Shown: in pieces, positions 20,059-30,312 of the stretch | Layout of the letters: each line of letters begins with the position of its first letter | Position numbering within the stretch: position 1 is the stretch's first letter | Assembly (NCBI GenBank): GCA_963847445.1 | Contig: CAWJZV010000004.1 | Coordinates: 32,001 to 96,000 of the forward strand | Source: an uncultured delta proteobacterium | GTDB taxonomy: Bacteria; Desulfobacterota; Binatia; UBA9968 | Length of the DNA stretch: 64,000 nt | Reading direction: 5' to 3' | Translations under genes and position numbers: made by a program | The notes under the pieces: model-generated | Told to the model about the DNA's origin: nothing | The model's input: only the letters and a program-made list of their open reading frames with translations | Databases searched by the model: none

Positions 20059-21048
20059 CTACTGATAACGTTTGGCCATCTCAGTAAAGAAGCCTTCTTT
20101 TTCCAACTGCTGCAATAGACTTAAGTCGACGAACTGTTCCGGCTTGGCGCTCTTCGCCTGAGCCACCTTCGGAGCCAACTCGTCGAGCAGATACTGAATT
20201 CCTTTCAACGTCGGATAGGGCCGCTTGGCGACTCTCTTGACGAACCAGTCATAAGTTGCGTCCAGCACCTCCTGCTCGTTAGTGCGCATATATTTGCCGG
20301 CGATGCGTTTGGACTCGTCCTTATTCTTACCGATAAAATAAATCGCCTCGACATAGGAGCGCAGCGCGCTCAAAACGGTGTCGCGCTGGCTGCGAATGAA
20401 GCCGCGCGAAGTCGCGAAGCCATTGCCCTGCACCTCGATGCCCAGTTCGAGCATGTCGAACACTTCGATCAAACCTTGCTTTCTTGCCCGCGGGGTCTCG
20501 GACGGTGTGAGAATCGTTGCTTCAATGCGGCCGGCGTCGACGGCGCTTAGTCGCTCCATGGTCGGGCCGGCGACGACCAGCGCGACGTCCTTGCCGGCTT
20601 CGAGATTGAACTTTTTCAGCAAGATCAGCGCCGCGTTATGGGACGCCGAACCAAAGCCGCTGACCCCCAATCGTTTGCCCTTCAGATGTTCGACCCGGGT
20701 AATCGCCGGCTTGGCGACGACGGAATAATTGTAAGTCGATTCGGAGGAAGCGATCAAAACGATGTCGTGACCCTGTAGGCCGGCCGGCACCACGGTGCCG
20801 ATATTGACGATCGGCGGATCGCCGGCGACCAGCGCTTGCGTCGCCATTTGGCCGCCGCGAAAGAATATCACTTCGGCATCGAGGCCGTGGCGGCGATAGA
20901 TGCCGGCGTCTTTGGCGATCCAAATGTGAATCTGATTGTAGGAGATCGCCGGATAGCCGATCTTGATCTTCTTCAGATCTTGGCCATCGACATTGGCGCC
21001 GGCAAGAGTTTGTAGGACTAAAATGGCTCCACAAAGCAGAGTTTTCAC
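20059..21048 (-). CDS. ABC substrate-binding protein, NMT1/SsuA/TauA family
   Basis: IWIAKDAGIYRRHGLDAEV, LKGKRLGVSGFGSAS, YPTLKGIQ; start approximate. Confidence 0.9.
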   Translation of the reverse strand: MKTLLCGAILVLQTLAGANVDGQDLKKIKIGYPAISYNQIHIWIAKDAGIYRRHGLDAEVIFFRGGQMATQALVAGDPPIVNIGTVVPAGLQGHDIVLIASSESTYNYSVVAKPAITRVEHLKGKRLGVSGFGSASHNAALILLKKFNLEAGKDVALVVAGPTMERLSAVDAGRIEATILTPSETPRARKQGLIEVFDMLELGIEVQGNGFATSRGFIRSQRDTVLSALRSYVEAIYFIGKNKDESKRIAGKYMRTNEQEVLDATYDWFVKRVAKRPYPTLKGIQYLLDELAPKVAQAKSAKPEQFVDLSLLQQLEKEGFFTEMAKRYQ

Positions 21049-21136
21049 CGGTCCGCCTTTCGATTTCACGCGCAATTATAATAGATATCGAGCAGCATGC
21101 TCATTGGATCGCAGCGTTTTCCCGCGACGGTCGAAT

Positions 21137-21622
21137 CTAACGGATATCACCGTGAGCGTCAATTGGCGCGTTCGGCTCGCGCCGACGAGTCATGGCAATC
21201 GCGAGACCTTTTGTCACTAAGTATCGCAAGCGCCCCGCGGCGAGCATTAAGCCGAGCGCTGCCCCCAATACGTTGCAACAAATGTCTGTGGCGGACGGGA
21301 ACCTGCTGTGAGAGTAAATTTGCAGAAACTCGACCGATGTCGAAAGTAGCGTCGCTGCAACCAGCACCCATAGGTTTTTTCTCTTGCGCCATGGAACTAA
21401 CAGCAAACCTCCGGCGAAATACCCGAATGGGACGAAAAGCGCAAAATTGGCAGCGATGTCTAACCAGTCCAACCGATGGCCATAGAAGGGTATCCACTGG
21501 ACTTGCGCCCAATGGGAATGGCCGACGAAATTGGACCACGGCAGCAGGGTCGCTGCCAGTATCGCGGCAATCGATGCCAGCAAGCCATTGAAGCTCATCA
21601 CGAATTTTCTCGCATGGCCCAC
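21137..21622 (-). CDS. VanZ family membrane protein
   Basis: WIPF...DIAANFALFVPFGY...STSVEFLQ...SRFPSATDICCNVLG. Confidence 0.85.
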   Translation of the reverse strand: MGHARKFVMSFNGLLASIAAILAATLLPWSNFVGHSHWAQVQWIPFYGHRLDWLDIAANFALFVPFGYFAGGLLLVPWRKRKNLWVLVAATLLSTSVEFLQIYSHSRFPSATDICCNVLGAALGLMLAAGRLRYLVTKGLAIAMTRRREPNAPIDAHGDIR

Positions 21623-22344
21623 TCACGCGCGTTCAAAGCCTGGCCGGTAACCCGCTGCGATTCATCCGAAGCCAGGTAGATGAAAATAGGCAGAATCGAT
21701 TCCGCCGTCGGCAGCGTCGCTGGGTCTTCTTCCGGATATGCCGCCGCTCTCATGCGCGTGCGGGTCGCCGCGGGATTGACCGAATTGACTCTGATCCCGG
21801 CAGCTTTGACTTCATCAGCGAGCACCTGGGTAAATCCCTCCAAACCAGCTTTCGAGACCGCATAGGCGCCCCAGCGCGCCTTGCCAAGTCGGCCGACACC
21901 TGAAGTCAGGTTAATGATGGAGCCGCCCCGGCGCGCTAACATCACCGGCAAAACTTCGCGGGTAATAAAAAACAACCCATTGAGATTGATCCGCAAGACT
22001 TCTTCCCAGTCGGCGATCGGATAATCGGCGATCGCCACCCGCGGTCCGAGGATGCCGGCGTTGTTGACCAAAATATCGATGGCGGCAAAATTCGCCATCG
22101 CGGCAGCGACGATGCGCCGGACGTCCGTGGCGTTGCCGATATCGCCCGGGACTCCAGCGATCTCGCCACCGGATTGGCGAATCTCCGCCACCGCGCGATT
22201 AATTTCCGTTGGATCACGCCCGCAGATAAACACTTGGGCACCTTGATCCGCATAGGCCGCGGCGATGGCACGGCCGATGCCATGGCTGCCGCCGGTGATC
22301 AGCGCGACCTTGCCGAAGAGTTTTTTATTGCCGCTGCTTGCCAT
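21598..22344 (-). CDS. SDR family oxidoreductase (YciK-like)
   Basis: TGGSHGIG, NNAG, WGAYAVSK, NPAATRTRMRAAAYPEEDP. Confidence 0.92.
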   Translation of the reverse strand: MASSGNKKLFGKVALITGGSHGIGRAIAAAYADQGAQVFICGRDPTEINRAVAEIRQSGGEIAGVPGDIGNATDVRRIVAAAMANFAAIDILVNNAGILGPRVAIADYPIADWEEVLRINLNGLFFITREVLPVMLARRGGSIINLTSGVGRLGKARWGAYAVSKAGLEGFTQVLADEVKAAGIRVNSVNPAATRTRMRAAAYPEEDPATLPTAESILPIFIYLASDESQRVTGQALNAREWAMRENS

Positions 22345-22376
22345 CGTTTCGTCGCTATAACATAGTTGAAAGATTC

Positions 22377-23318
22377 ATGAAATCGTGGCAACCGCACCAG
22401 CGATTACTTCTCTACCTGTTGCTCGCGCTCGCCCTCGCTTGCGCCATCAGCCCGATCTTGTCCCTGGGCGCCGACTGGTTCATGACCCAGTGGCCGGCGT
22501 TAATGCCGCAGCGCATTCCGTTCCATCGCACCTTCGATCGCGCCTTCATGATTTCCGGTATCCTGCTGTTCATTGTTTGCCGGCGCGCGCTGATTCCCGC
22601 GCGCTTGCAAGAGCTGTTGCGGGTCGGCGCTGCCCCAGCGAGCCGAGACCTTGCCGCCGGCCTCGGCTTGGCGTTGGTTTCAATGCTTTTGGTCATCGCC
22701 GCGATGATCGTGGCCGAAGTCTTTACGCCCTTTTTTCGCCTCACAAGATCGGTCGCCGTCGAACGAGTTGCCAGGGCCGCGGCGGCGGGAATATTTGCCG
22801 GCGTGTTCGAGGAAATATTTTTTCGCGGCATCTTGTTCATGGGACTACGCACCCGGAGCTACGACGTCCGCGCCTATCTCCTGGCCAACTTATTTTATGC
22901 CGCGCTCCATTTCGTCCGACCGGGCGATGCCTACTTTCTCGACCGCCTCGACCTTGGCGCCGGCTTCCGCCACTTAGGGTACACCTTCACGCCATTTCTC
23001 GACCCGCTGTCACTACTACCCGGCCTGATCGGACTAGTGCTCGGCGGCGCCGTATTATCATTTGCCGTGGAGCGCGCCGGCAATTTGTATCTCGCCATCG
23101 GCTTGCACGCGGGATGGGTGTTTAGCTTAAAAACTTTACGAGTCTTCGGCGACTTCCAACGCGAAGGCTTAGGCTGGCTCTTCGGCTCCAGCGATCCGAA
23201 ACTCGTCAGCGGCGTCGCCACCTGGGCAGCGATCCTATTGGCCGGCGTGGCGGTATATTACTTGACTAAAAGCCGCGCCGTCCGGTCAAACGATCTGCCT
23301 CGCGCAGCAGCGGCCTGA
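22377..23318 (+). CDS. CPBP family intramembrane glutamic endopeptidase (CAAX/Abi)
   Basis: EEIFFRG, YAALHF, AIGLHAGW; multiple transmembrane segments. Confidence 0.9.
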   Translation: MKSWQPHQRLLLYLLLALALACAISPILSLGADWFMTQWPALMPQRIPFHRTFDRAFMISGILLFIVCRRALIPARLQELLRVGAAPASRDLAAGLGLALVSMLLVIAAMIVAEVFTPFFRLTRSVAVERVARAAAAGIFAGVFEEIFFRGILFMGLRTRSYDVRAYLLANLFYAALHFVRPGDAYFLDRLDLGAGFRHLGYTFTPFLDPLSLLPGLIGLVLGGAVLSFAVERAGNLYLAIGLHAGWVFSLKTLRVFGDFQREGLGWLFGSSDPKLVSGVATWAAILLAGVAVYYLTKSRAVRSNDLPRAAAA

Positions 23319-23919
23319 TCTTCTCGGCGATGCGCTGCCCCATCAAGCGATAGCCCGCGCCATTGGGATGGATCGGATCGCTTTTGAGCTTGGCGTCGGT
23401 AAGAATTCCTTGCATCACCTGGGGAATGTAATAGGCGCCAAACTGCTTGGCGGTCTCTTCGTAGATCGGGCTGTATTCATCGGTAAATATCCCAAGCCGC
23501 ATGCCGGCGATCGCCACCATGGCGCCTTGCGCCTGAATGCGCCGCACCATCTCCGCTAAATTTTTCTTCGTCTCCGCGCGCGGCACCTGGCGCAAGAAAT
23601 CGTTGCCGCCCAATAAAACAATCACCAGCCGCGGATTGCCCGCGAGGACTTCCGATAACCGCGCCAGCGCCAGCGCTGTGGTATCGCCGCGCCGGCCATG
23701 GTTGCGCACCGGAAAGGCCAGTTCGCGCGACAGCACCGCAGGATAGTCTTCGCCGCCGTTGGCACCGACGCCTTCGGTCAAGCTGTCACCCAAACAGACG
23801 ATCGCCTCGTTGGTCGATCGCAAGTTACGCACGTTATCAAAGCTGTCGCCACCGCAACCGAGTGACGCAATAACGATAAAAACATAACCGGCGGCGCGCA
23901 CTTTACTTCGCTTGGTCAT
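23266..23919 (-). CDS. SGNH/GDSL arylesterase (TesA-like) lipoprotein
   Basis: GDSLT, LGGND, DPIHPN; lipobox SLGC. Confidence 0.9.
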   Translation of the reverse strand: MTKRSKVRAAGYVFIVIASLGCGGDSFDNVRNLRSTNEAIVCLGDSLTEGVGANGGEDYPAVLSRELAFPVRNHGRRGDTTALALARLSEVLAGNPRLVIVLLGGNDFLRQVPRAETKKNLAEMVRRIQAQGAMVAIAGMRLGIFTDEYSPIYEETAKQFGAYYIPQVMQGILTDAKLKSDPIHPNGAGYRLMGQRIAEKIRPLLREADRLTGRRGF

Positions 23920-23962
23920 GGCCAGGAGCAACTGCACCGCTGAGCAGGAGCCGGGTAAAGCG

Positions 23963-25336
23963 TCATGACTGACACAGCAGATCGCTCAGCTCTCGGGTCG
24001 AAGATAACTGTTGCAAATGCTGCACCGCGTCGAGAACTTTTTCGACCCGCTCCGTGGGTAACGCTAGCTTGGCGTTGGCGCGGAACTTCGACTCGATGTC
24101 GGAGGGCGGCAATGGATCTTCCAAGCCGCCGCGCGGATGGGGCTGGTTCTCTTCGAGCACAGTGCCGTCGTCGAGATAAACTTTGACATGGCCGGAAAAG
24201 TGGCGCGGATAATCGATGGTCGCATCGAGTTCATAACCAACTTTAGCCGCGAGACCTAGGACTTCGGCATCGTGAATCGCTTGGTCGCTAAACTCCTCCA
24301 AGCCGGCCCGCCCGTGCACTAACATCACCGCGATGCTGTAGGGCAAACTAAACTTGGCGCCATAGGAACTGATCGGATTCTGTTTGCCTGCCAGCGGCTC
24401 CCACAGCCGATGCACCGGCCCCTCGGCGGTGCGGCAAACGACTTGTCTTATCCGCGCCGGCGCCGGCCCATGCCGCTGTCTAATCTTGAGGGCGCAATCC
24501 ATGTAGGGATGAGAGATCGAACCGCAGGGATAAGATTTAAAAGTCAGCTTGGGGATCTCCCAGACTTTGCCGAGCTCGGTGATTTTTTCATAGCGGTAAT
24601 CGTTCTTGCCACCGAAGGACGGAAAGAATCCGTTGGTGCCTTCGAAAACTTTCGCCGGTCCGCGAAAGCCTTCTTGGGCCAAGAGCGTCGCGATGACGCC
24701 GCCATGGGCCGACCAACCTGGGTGCAAACGCTTGGTCCAGGTACCATCGGCCAAGTATTCGATGATGCCCGAGCTCTGGCTGCCGCACAGACCGAAAGCA
24801 TCGATCCATTGCGGCAGGCTCAGGCCGTAGAGCCGGCCCGCCGCCGCCGCGGCGCCGAAGGTCGAGCAAAGCGCCGTCGGATGAAATCCGCGAGCGTGAA
24901 ATTTTCCCGGCGCCACCAGACCGATTTTGCACAGCACCTCGGTGCCGATGATCGCCGCTGCCAATAACGCCGCACCGCTAGCCGCGGTTTCTTCCGCCAC
25001 GGCCAGGGCGGTCATCCAGGCGCAAGCGCCGGTGTGGACGATCGCCTCTTCCAAGGTGTCGTCGTAATCCAGGCCATGGGCCAAGGTGCCGTTGGCGATG
25101 ACCGCGTTGGCCGCCGCCACCCGGTCCGGCGCACCGATGATCACGCTATCGCCCGCGCCGCCGAGTTTCTTGGCCACCTTGGTAACCATCGCACCAAAAT
25201 CCATGGTCGAGGACGCCAGCGCGATGCCAAGAGTATCGAGAAACACCAGCTTGGCTTTCTCGATCACCGCCAACGGCACGTCGACAAGCTTCAAGTCGTT
25301 GGCGAACTTACCGATCTGTGCAGAATATGAATCCAC
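23963..25336 (-). CDS. MmgE/PrpD family protein
   Basis: NGTLAHGLDYDD, GFHPT, KSYPCG, AKFSLPY. Confidence 0.93.
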   Translation of the reverse strand: MDSYSAQIGKFANDLKLVDVPLAVIEKAKLVFLDTLGIALASSTMDFGAMVTKVAKKLGGAGDSVIIGAPDRVAAANAVIANGTLAHGLDYDDTLEEAIVHTGACAWMTALAVAEETAASGAALLAAAIIGTEVLCKIGLVAPGKFHARGFHPTALCSTFGAAAAAGRLYGLSLPQWIDAFGLCGSQSSGIIEYLADGTWTKRLHPGWSAHGGVIATLLAQEGFRGPAKVFEGTNGFFPSFGGKNDYRYEKITELGKVWEIPKLTFKSYPCGSISHPYMDCALKIRQRHGPAPARIRQVVCRTAEGPVHRLWEPLAGKQNPISSYGAKFSLPYSIAVMLVHGRAGLEEFSDQAIHDAEVLGLAAKVGYELDATIDYPRHFSGHVKVYLDDGTVLEENQPHPRGGLEDPLPPSDIESKFRANAKLALPTERVEKVLDAVQHLQQLSSTRELSDLLCQS

Positions 25337-25438
25337 GCGCGTAAATCTCCTAATTACGCTTTACAGCGCTTTTTTCACCATGCTACTTTCGAGCGAAGTT
25401 ACACTTCGAGCATCGCACGCGCAACCTGGGAGAACCAA

Positions 25439-26275
25439 ATGGAATGGCAAAGCATCCTGATCGGCCCGCTCACTCTCGCCCTCGGCGTCTTGCTCCTGCT
25501 TATCTGCTTGGCGGGATTTCTCTGGTTGACCGGCAAACTCGAAGGCTACGATCCGATCAATGAATTGCTCATGCGCGACAACGCGGCTCTTGGGCTTCGT
25601 TACGCCCTATTTGCCATCGCCGTGGTTTTCTCTCTGCTGGGTATTTTTGACCGTGGCCAGGGCGACGAAGGAGCGGCGGATTTCTCACTCCATGCAATTT
25701 TGGCAACCTTGCTGATTTACATTTCCCGTTTCCTAAACGACTGGTTCATCCTCTATCATTTCAGCAACAACCGCGAAGTGGTACAGGAGAAAAATGTCGC
25801 CGTGGCGCTCGTCGAAGGCGCCACCTACATGGCCAGCGCCTATGTGATCGGCGGCGCTTTTTACGATTGGGAAAGCGGGCTGTCGACGGCGCTCCTATGG
25901 TTTATCATCGGCCAGCTATTGTTGGTATTTCTCGCCCTGCTCTACCACGCCGTGGCGCGCGGCACCGACAAGGCCCTCGACGATCACAATCTCGCCGTCG
26001 CCATTTCACTGGGCGCGTTTCTCCTCGCCGGCGGCATGATTTGCGGCACGGTGATCAGCGGCCCTTCCACCGGCTGGCGCAACGACTTGCTCATCGTCGC
26101 GGCCTATCTGGCCACCTGGATCGTCACCATGCTGGCGGCTCATTGGCTCTCCGACCGGGTGGTGTTCCGGACCGCGCGCATGGCCGACGAAGTTACCGAA
26201 CAGCGCAACATCGCCGCCGCCTTGTTTAAAGCGGTGATCTTCATTTCGCTGACCTTTGGCTTCACCCATGGATGA
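25439..26275 (+). CDS. DUF350 domain membrane protein (tandem domains)
   Basis: Repeated NNREVVQEKNVAVAL / DDHNLAVAI / EQRNIAAAL segments between transmembrane helices; upstream of ygiB/ygiC-like genes. Confidence 0.8.
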   Translation: MEWQSILIGPLTLALGVLLLLICLAGFLWLTGKLEGYDPINELLMRDNAALGLRYALFAIAVVFSLLGIFDRGQGDEGAADFSLHAILATLLIYISRFLNDWFILYHFSNNREVVQEKNVAVALVEGATYMASAYVIGGAFYDWESGLSTALLWFIIGQLLLVFLALLYHAVARGTDKALDDHNLAVAISLGAFLLAGGMICGTVISGPSTGWRNDLLIVAAYLATWIVTMLAAHWLSDRVVFRTARMADEVTEQRNIAAALFKAVIFISLTFGFTHG

Positions 26276-26281
26276 GCCGCG

Positions 26282-26638
26282 ATGAAAAGATCCGCCAAGG
26301 TTACCGTGGCATTTCTGTCATCCGTCGCCAGCGCATTCATGAACGGCTGCGGCGATGATGGCCAGTGGGTCGAAGCCAAACGCTGCGTCAATAACAGCAA
26401 CGTCGTCGTCGAAGACAGTTGGTGCGAGGATCCCGCCAACAGCTCGGGCCGCACCGGCGCTGGTTATCATTCCTACTACTACGGCGGCCGCGGCTACTAT
26501 CCCGGCGATGTCGTTAGCGGCGGCGGTCATGTGCCGCTGAGCGGCGTCAACTACCGAAGCGCTAGCCGGGTGCCGCGCGGCGGCTTCGGCTCCACCGGCA
26601 AGGCATTCGTCAGCCGCGGCGGTTCCATCAGCAGTTAA
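26282..26638 (+). CDS. YgiB/DUF1190-like lipoprotein
   Basis: Lipobox MNGC, Gly/Tyr-rich middle, C-terminal RGGFGSTG; context with glutathionylspermidine synthase family gene. Confidence 0.75.
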   Translation: MKRSAKVTVAFLSSVASAFMNGCGDDGQWVEAKRCVNNSNVVVEDSWCEDPANSSGRTGAGYHSYYYGGRGYYPGDVVSGGGHVPLSGVNYRSASRVPRGGFGSTGKAFVSRGGSISS

Positions 26639-26658
26639 CTATTTGCCGATACGAGGTT

Positions 26659-27300
26659 CACCACGAAGGCCTAGCGCAGCGAAGCCGCAACCGAAAAGAA
26701 GAATGGCCGCAAAGAACTTAGCGCAGCAGAGCCGCAACCAAATGGGAAAGAGTTTTCACCACGAAGCTCACGAAGGACACGAAGGGTTCGGAAAATTATT
26801 ACTCCGAACTTCGTGCTCTTCGTGTCCTTCGTGGTGAGATTGGATTTCTTCATTGAGCACGCCAACTTAGCAGTACCGGTACGGAAAATTTGCGCAAGCC
26901 GCGCAAACTATCACGGATAGTAGTACATGCTTTTTCCCAGACTGGGCTGGGAAAAAGAGGTTCGCCCGTTGGCGAACAGCCGCAATCAAAACTCGGAATA
27001 TCTCTCGCAATGGCGCTAAGCTCGCAAAGGTGACGGGCGATGCCCGTCATCCCAAGGAAACACGAGGGATCTAAGATAGATTTCTCCCAAGGGTCGAAAT
27101 GACAACAATTCCGAACTTGGCGTCTTTGCGCCTTGGCGAGAGGAATTTCCGAATCCGAGAATATTCGACTCCCGGAATATTAAAGCCGTACGCTATGACA
27201 AACATGTTGGTGTTAGTTTTTGGACAGCAATACGAAGGACCTGAAGGTTTCAGATGTATAAATTTCCGAACTTCGCGATCTTCGTGCCTTCGTGGTGAGA
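26659..27300. repeat. Stack of composite palindromic repeats including copy B
   Basis: CACCACGAAGCTCACGAAGGACACGAAG...CTTCGTGCTCTTCGTGTCCTTCGTGGTG hairpin (about 26757-26836); TAGCGCAGCxxAGCCGCAACC units; 26977-27238 matches 3194-3450. Confidence 0.88.
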
Positions 27301-27313
27301 AAGAATTTTTCCC

Positions 27314-28456
27314 ATGAAACGAATCAGCACCACACCGCGTCAAGACTGGGAGAAAAAGGTCGAAGAGATCGGCCTGATTTACCATCATACCGAGGGGCAA
27401 CCCTACTGGAACGAGTCGGCATATTATTCCTTTCGCTCTGCTGAAATCGACCGCATCGAGGTGGCGAGCAACGAACTCCATCAGATGTGCCTCGAAGCGG
27501 CGCAGCATATCATTGACAACAACCGCTTCGACGAACTGGCCATTCCCGCCGCGGCGGTTCCATTCATCAAGCTAGCCTGGGAGGACGAACCGCCGGCGCT
27601 CTATGGCCGCTTCGACCTCGCCTATGACGGCGAGCATTTAAAATTATTGGAATACAATGCCGACACGCCGACCGCGCTGGTCGAAGCCGCCGTCGCCCAG
27701 TGGTACTGGCTGCAAGAGCGTTTCCCCGATCTCGATCAGTTCAATTCGATTCACGAAAAGCTTTTGGCCAAGTGGCGAGAGTTGAAGCCCTATCTGGCCA
27801 ATCCCATGCATTTCACCTATCTGCCGCCGCCGGACGTGGAAAACAGCGAAGACTTGATGACGGTGACCTACCTCATGGACTTGGCTGGCCAGGCCGGTAT
27901 CGAAAGTACGCTGGTCAAAATTGACGATATCGGTTGGGACGCCGAACGGAATACCTTCGTCGATCAGGCGGACAAGCCGATCCGCAGTATTTTCAAACTC
28001 TACCCCTGGGAGTGGCTGTTGCGCGATCGCTTCGCCGAGCATTTTTTCGCGTCTTATACCTTAACCCAATGGGTCGAGCCGATCTGGAAAATGCTGTTGT
28101 CGAACAAGGGCATCCTGCCGATTCTCTGGGAATTGTTTCCGCACCATGCCAATCTGTTGGAGTGTTATTTTACCGGCCCGAAGCATTTAACCCATTACGT
28201 CAAAAAGCCGCTGCTCTCGCGCGAGGGCGCCAACTTGTCGATTCATCACGGCGCCGCGGTTGAGACCATCGGCGGCCCCTACGGCGAGGAAGGTTTCATC
28301 TATCAAGCCACGGCCCGTATCGCGAACTTCGACGGCGCCTATCCGATCATCGGCAGTTGGATGATCGACGGCGTCGCCGCCGGCATCGGCATCCGCGAAT
28401 CGGACACGCTAGTAACCAATAACTTGAGCTCCTTCGTGCCCCACCTGTTCGAGTAA
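27314..28456 (+). CDS. Glutathionylspermidine synthase family ATP-grasp protein (YgiC/YjfC-like)
   Basis: YGRFDLAY, LLEYNADTPT, FKLYPWEW, KPLLSREGAN, FVPH. Confidence 0.95.
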   Translation: MKRISTTPRQDWEKKVEEIGLIYHHTEGQPYWNESAYYSFRSAEIDRIEVASNELHQMCLEAAQHIIDNNRFDELAIPAAAVPFIKLAWEDEPPALYGRFDLAYDGEHLKLLEYNADTPTALVEAAVAQWYWLQERFPDLDQFNSIHEKLLAKWRELKPYLANPMHFTYLPPPDVENSEDLMTVTYLMDLAGQAGIESTLVKIDDIGWDAERNTFVDQADKPIRSIFKLYPWEWLLRDRFAEHFFASYTLTQWVEPIWKMLLSNKGILPILWELFPHHANLLECYFTGPKHLTHYVKKPLLSREGANLSIHHGAAVETIGGPYGEEGFIYQATARIANFDGAYPIIGSWMIDGVAAGIGIRESDTLVTNNLSSFVPHLFE

Positions 28457-28601
28457 CCGAGCCGGCGCCAAATCAATAAACAAGGCATTTCGCGTACAGG
28501 GTATTCACCCCGCACGCGACCAAAGGGGATGCTCGCCCCCTTTGGATTCCCCATTTGATGGTGCCCCCAGCAAGCTGCGGGGAATGTTTAGATTCAACCC
28601 G

Positions 28602-29072
28602 TCATGCCGCCACAAACAGCGGATCATGCCGTTTCGGCGCGGGAATCGCCATCACCGGACAAGGCGCATGGGCGATCACTTTCTCGGTCACGCTGCCGAG
28701 CAGCATATGATCCAGCCCGGTGCGCCCATGGGTCGACATGATCACCAGATCCACTGCTTCACGGCCGGCGAGATCGGCGATATTGACATGGGCCGCGCCC
28801 AGTTCGACCTTCTGACGGACCTCGACCAGATTCATCAATTCGCCGAACTTCTCCCGCAAGAATTTGTCCAAGAACTCCGTCTGTTCGGCCATCAAGGTGC
28901 GCGCCGGCCCGAGATTTTCATGTTTGCCGAACCAGTCGTTGCTCATGTCGATCACATGCAACACGATCAGCTCCGCGCCGGATTCGTGCGCGGTTTGAAA
29001 CGCGCGACGCAGACCGACACAGGACAAGTCGGAATAATCGGTCGGCGCCAATATCTTTTTTATCTTGCTCAT
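28602..29072 (-). CDS. Universal stress protein
   Basis: KILAPTDYS, DLVIMSTHGRTGLDHMLLGSVTEKV. Confidence 0.93.
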   Translation of the reverse strand: MSKIKKILAPTDYSDLSCVGLRRAFQTAHESGAELIVLHVIDMSNDWFGKHENLGPARTLMAEQTEFLDKFLREKFGELMNLVEVRQKVELGAAHVNIADLAGREAVDLVIMSTHGRTGLDHMLLGSVTEKVIAHAPCPVMAIPAPKRHDPLFVAA

Positions 29073-29126
29073 ATTCTCCTCCTGCAATCTGCTGCGTTAG
29101 TTCGTCGAAGCGCGTCCCAGGCCGGT

Positions 29127-30029
29127 TCAAGCGGCATGAACCACCAGCACCGGATCTTCGGAATGGCGCACGACTTTCTCGGTGACACTGCCGAGCGCCC
29201 AACGTGTCACACCGGATCTGCCATGGGTACACATCGCCACCAGCGCGTCAGGATGCTGGTTGGCGTAACGAACGATCGCTTCCGCGCCGGATCCTTCGAG
29301 CGCCACCCACGATACTCTGGTTAGCCCCGACGCCGTCAGAGCTTCGGCCTTTTTTTTGAGATACCCTTCCACCTCTTCCTTCATCTCGCGCAGCATCTCG
29401 TCATATTTGGGCAGATAGTCTTCGCTGCCGTAGTACGCCGTTGCCGCGAGTTCATAGGCGCGACAGAGAACGATCTCGAGGTCGAGCTTCTTGGCGACTT
29501 CGCAGACGGTGGGCAACACCGACTCCGCCAGCTCCGAACCGTCGAGCGGCACGACAATCGCTTTAATGCTGGCACCGCGGTCGCTGGTCCCGTCATCGTC
29601 GGCACGGACGAGAAACAGCGGCGCCGTCGTGCCGCGCAGCACTTTTTCCGCCACGCTGCCCATCATCCAGCGGTTGATGCCGGAGCGGCCATGGGTCGCC
29701 ATGGCGATCAGTGTGTCTTTCTCCGCCTCAGCTCTGTCAATGATCACTTCGGCGGGCCGCCCTCTTTCGACCTTGCAGGTGACATCGAAACCAGGAAAGG
29801 TCGCGGCGACTTCGGCCAAATGCTCGCGGCTTGCGCTTTCGCCCTCAGCGATGATCGTGTCCAGATAGCGCGCCTTGTCAGCTACGATATGCGCCGTCGC
29901 CGCGGCGATGTCGACGACTTCCAGGAGTTCGATGGGCAGCTTCAGTGTACCGGCCAAGATCCGCGCAAATGGCAGAACCTTTTCCGAGGTCTTCGAACCA
30001 TCCAGCGGTATCAGTAGCTTAGAGTACAT
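29127..30029 (-). CDS. Universal stress protein with tandem USP domains
   Basis: Two PLDGS...THGRSG...GSVxEKV repeats. Confidence 0.93.
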   Translation of the reverse strand: MYSKLLIPLDGSKTSEKVLPFARILAGTLKLPIELLEVVDIAAATAHIVADKARYLDTIIAEGESASREHLAEVAATFPGFDVTCKVERGRPAEVIIDRAEAEKDTLIAMATHGRSGINRWMMGSVAEKVLRGTTAPLFLVRADDDGTSDRGASIKAIVVPLDGSELAESVLPTVCEVAKKLDLEIVLCRAYELAATAYYGSEDYLPKYDEMLREMKEEVEGYLKKKAEALTASGLTRVSWVALEGSGAEAIVRYANQHPDALVAMCTHGRSGVTRWALGSVTEKVVRHSEDPVLVVHAA

Positions 30030-30312
30030 ATCGATCTCCTTTCCGTAAGCCTCTCGGGCAATTAAATGCGCAACTAGCATGCCAGCGGCCTTGGGGTGAA
30101 TTATTCAGCCCGAACGGCTAACCGATTGTCAGCGCTGAGAAAAGATCGAGCCAGTTGTCGCAGGAATGAGAATCGCAAGAACGTCGGTCAGGCCTAGACT
30201 CTCTAAACCTGCTCAGGCGAAGGATAAACACCTATTTCGCCATTCCTCCACACGCGGGAGTCCAGGCGTATTCCGGCGAACCGAAGTCGAACACTAACGC
30301 AATGCTGAATCT

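Noticed and set aside
26659-27300. Possible CRISPR array, also considered for the TTGAAC and TGGAGT tandem runs
   Set aside because: No constant 23-47 bp repeat with regular unique spacers and no cas genes; the repeats are inverted, degenerate short units.
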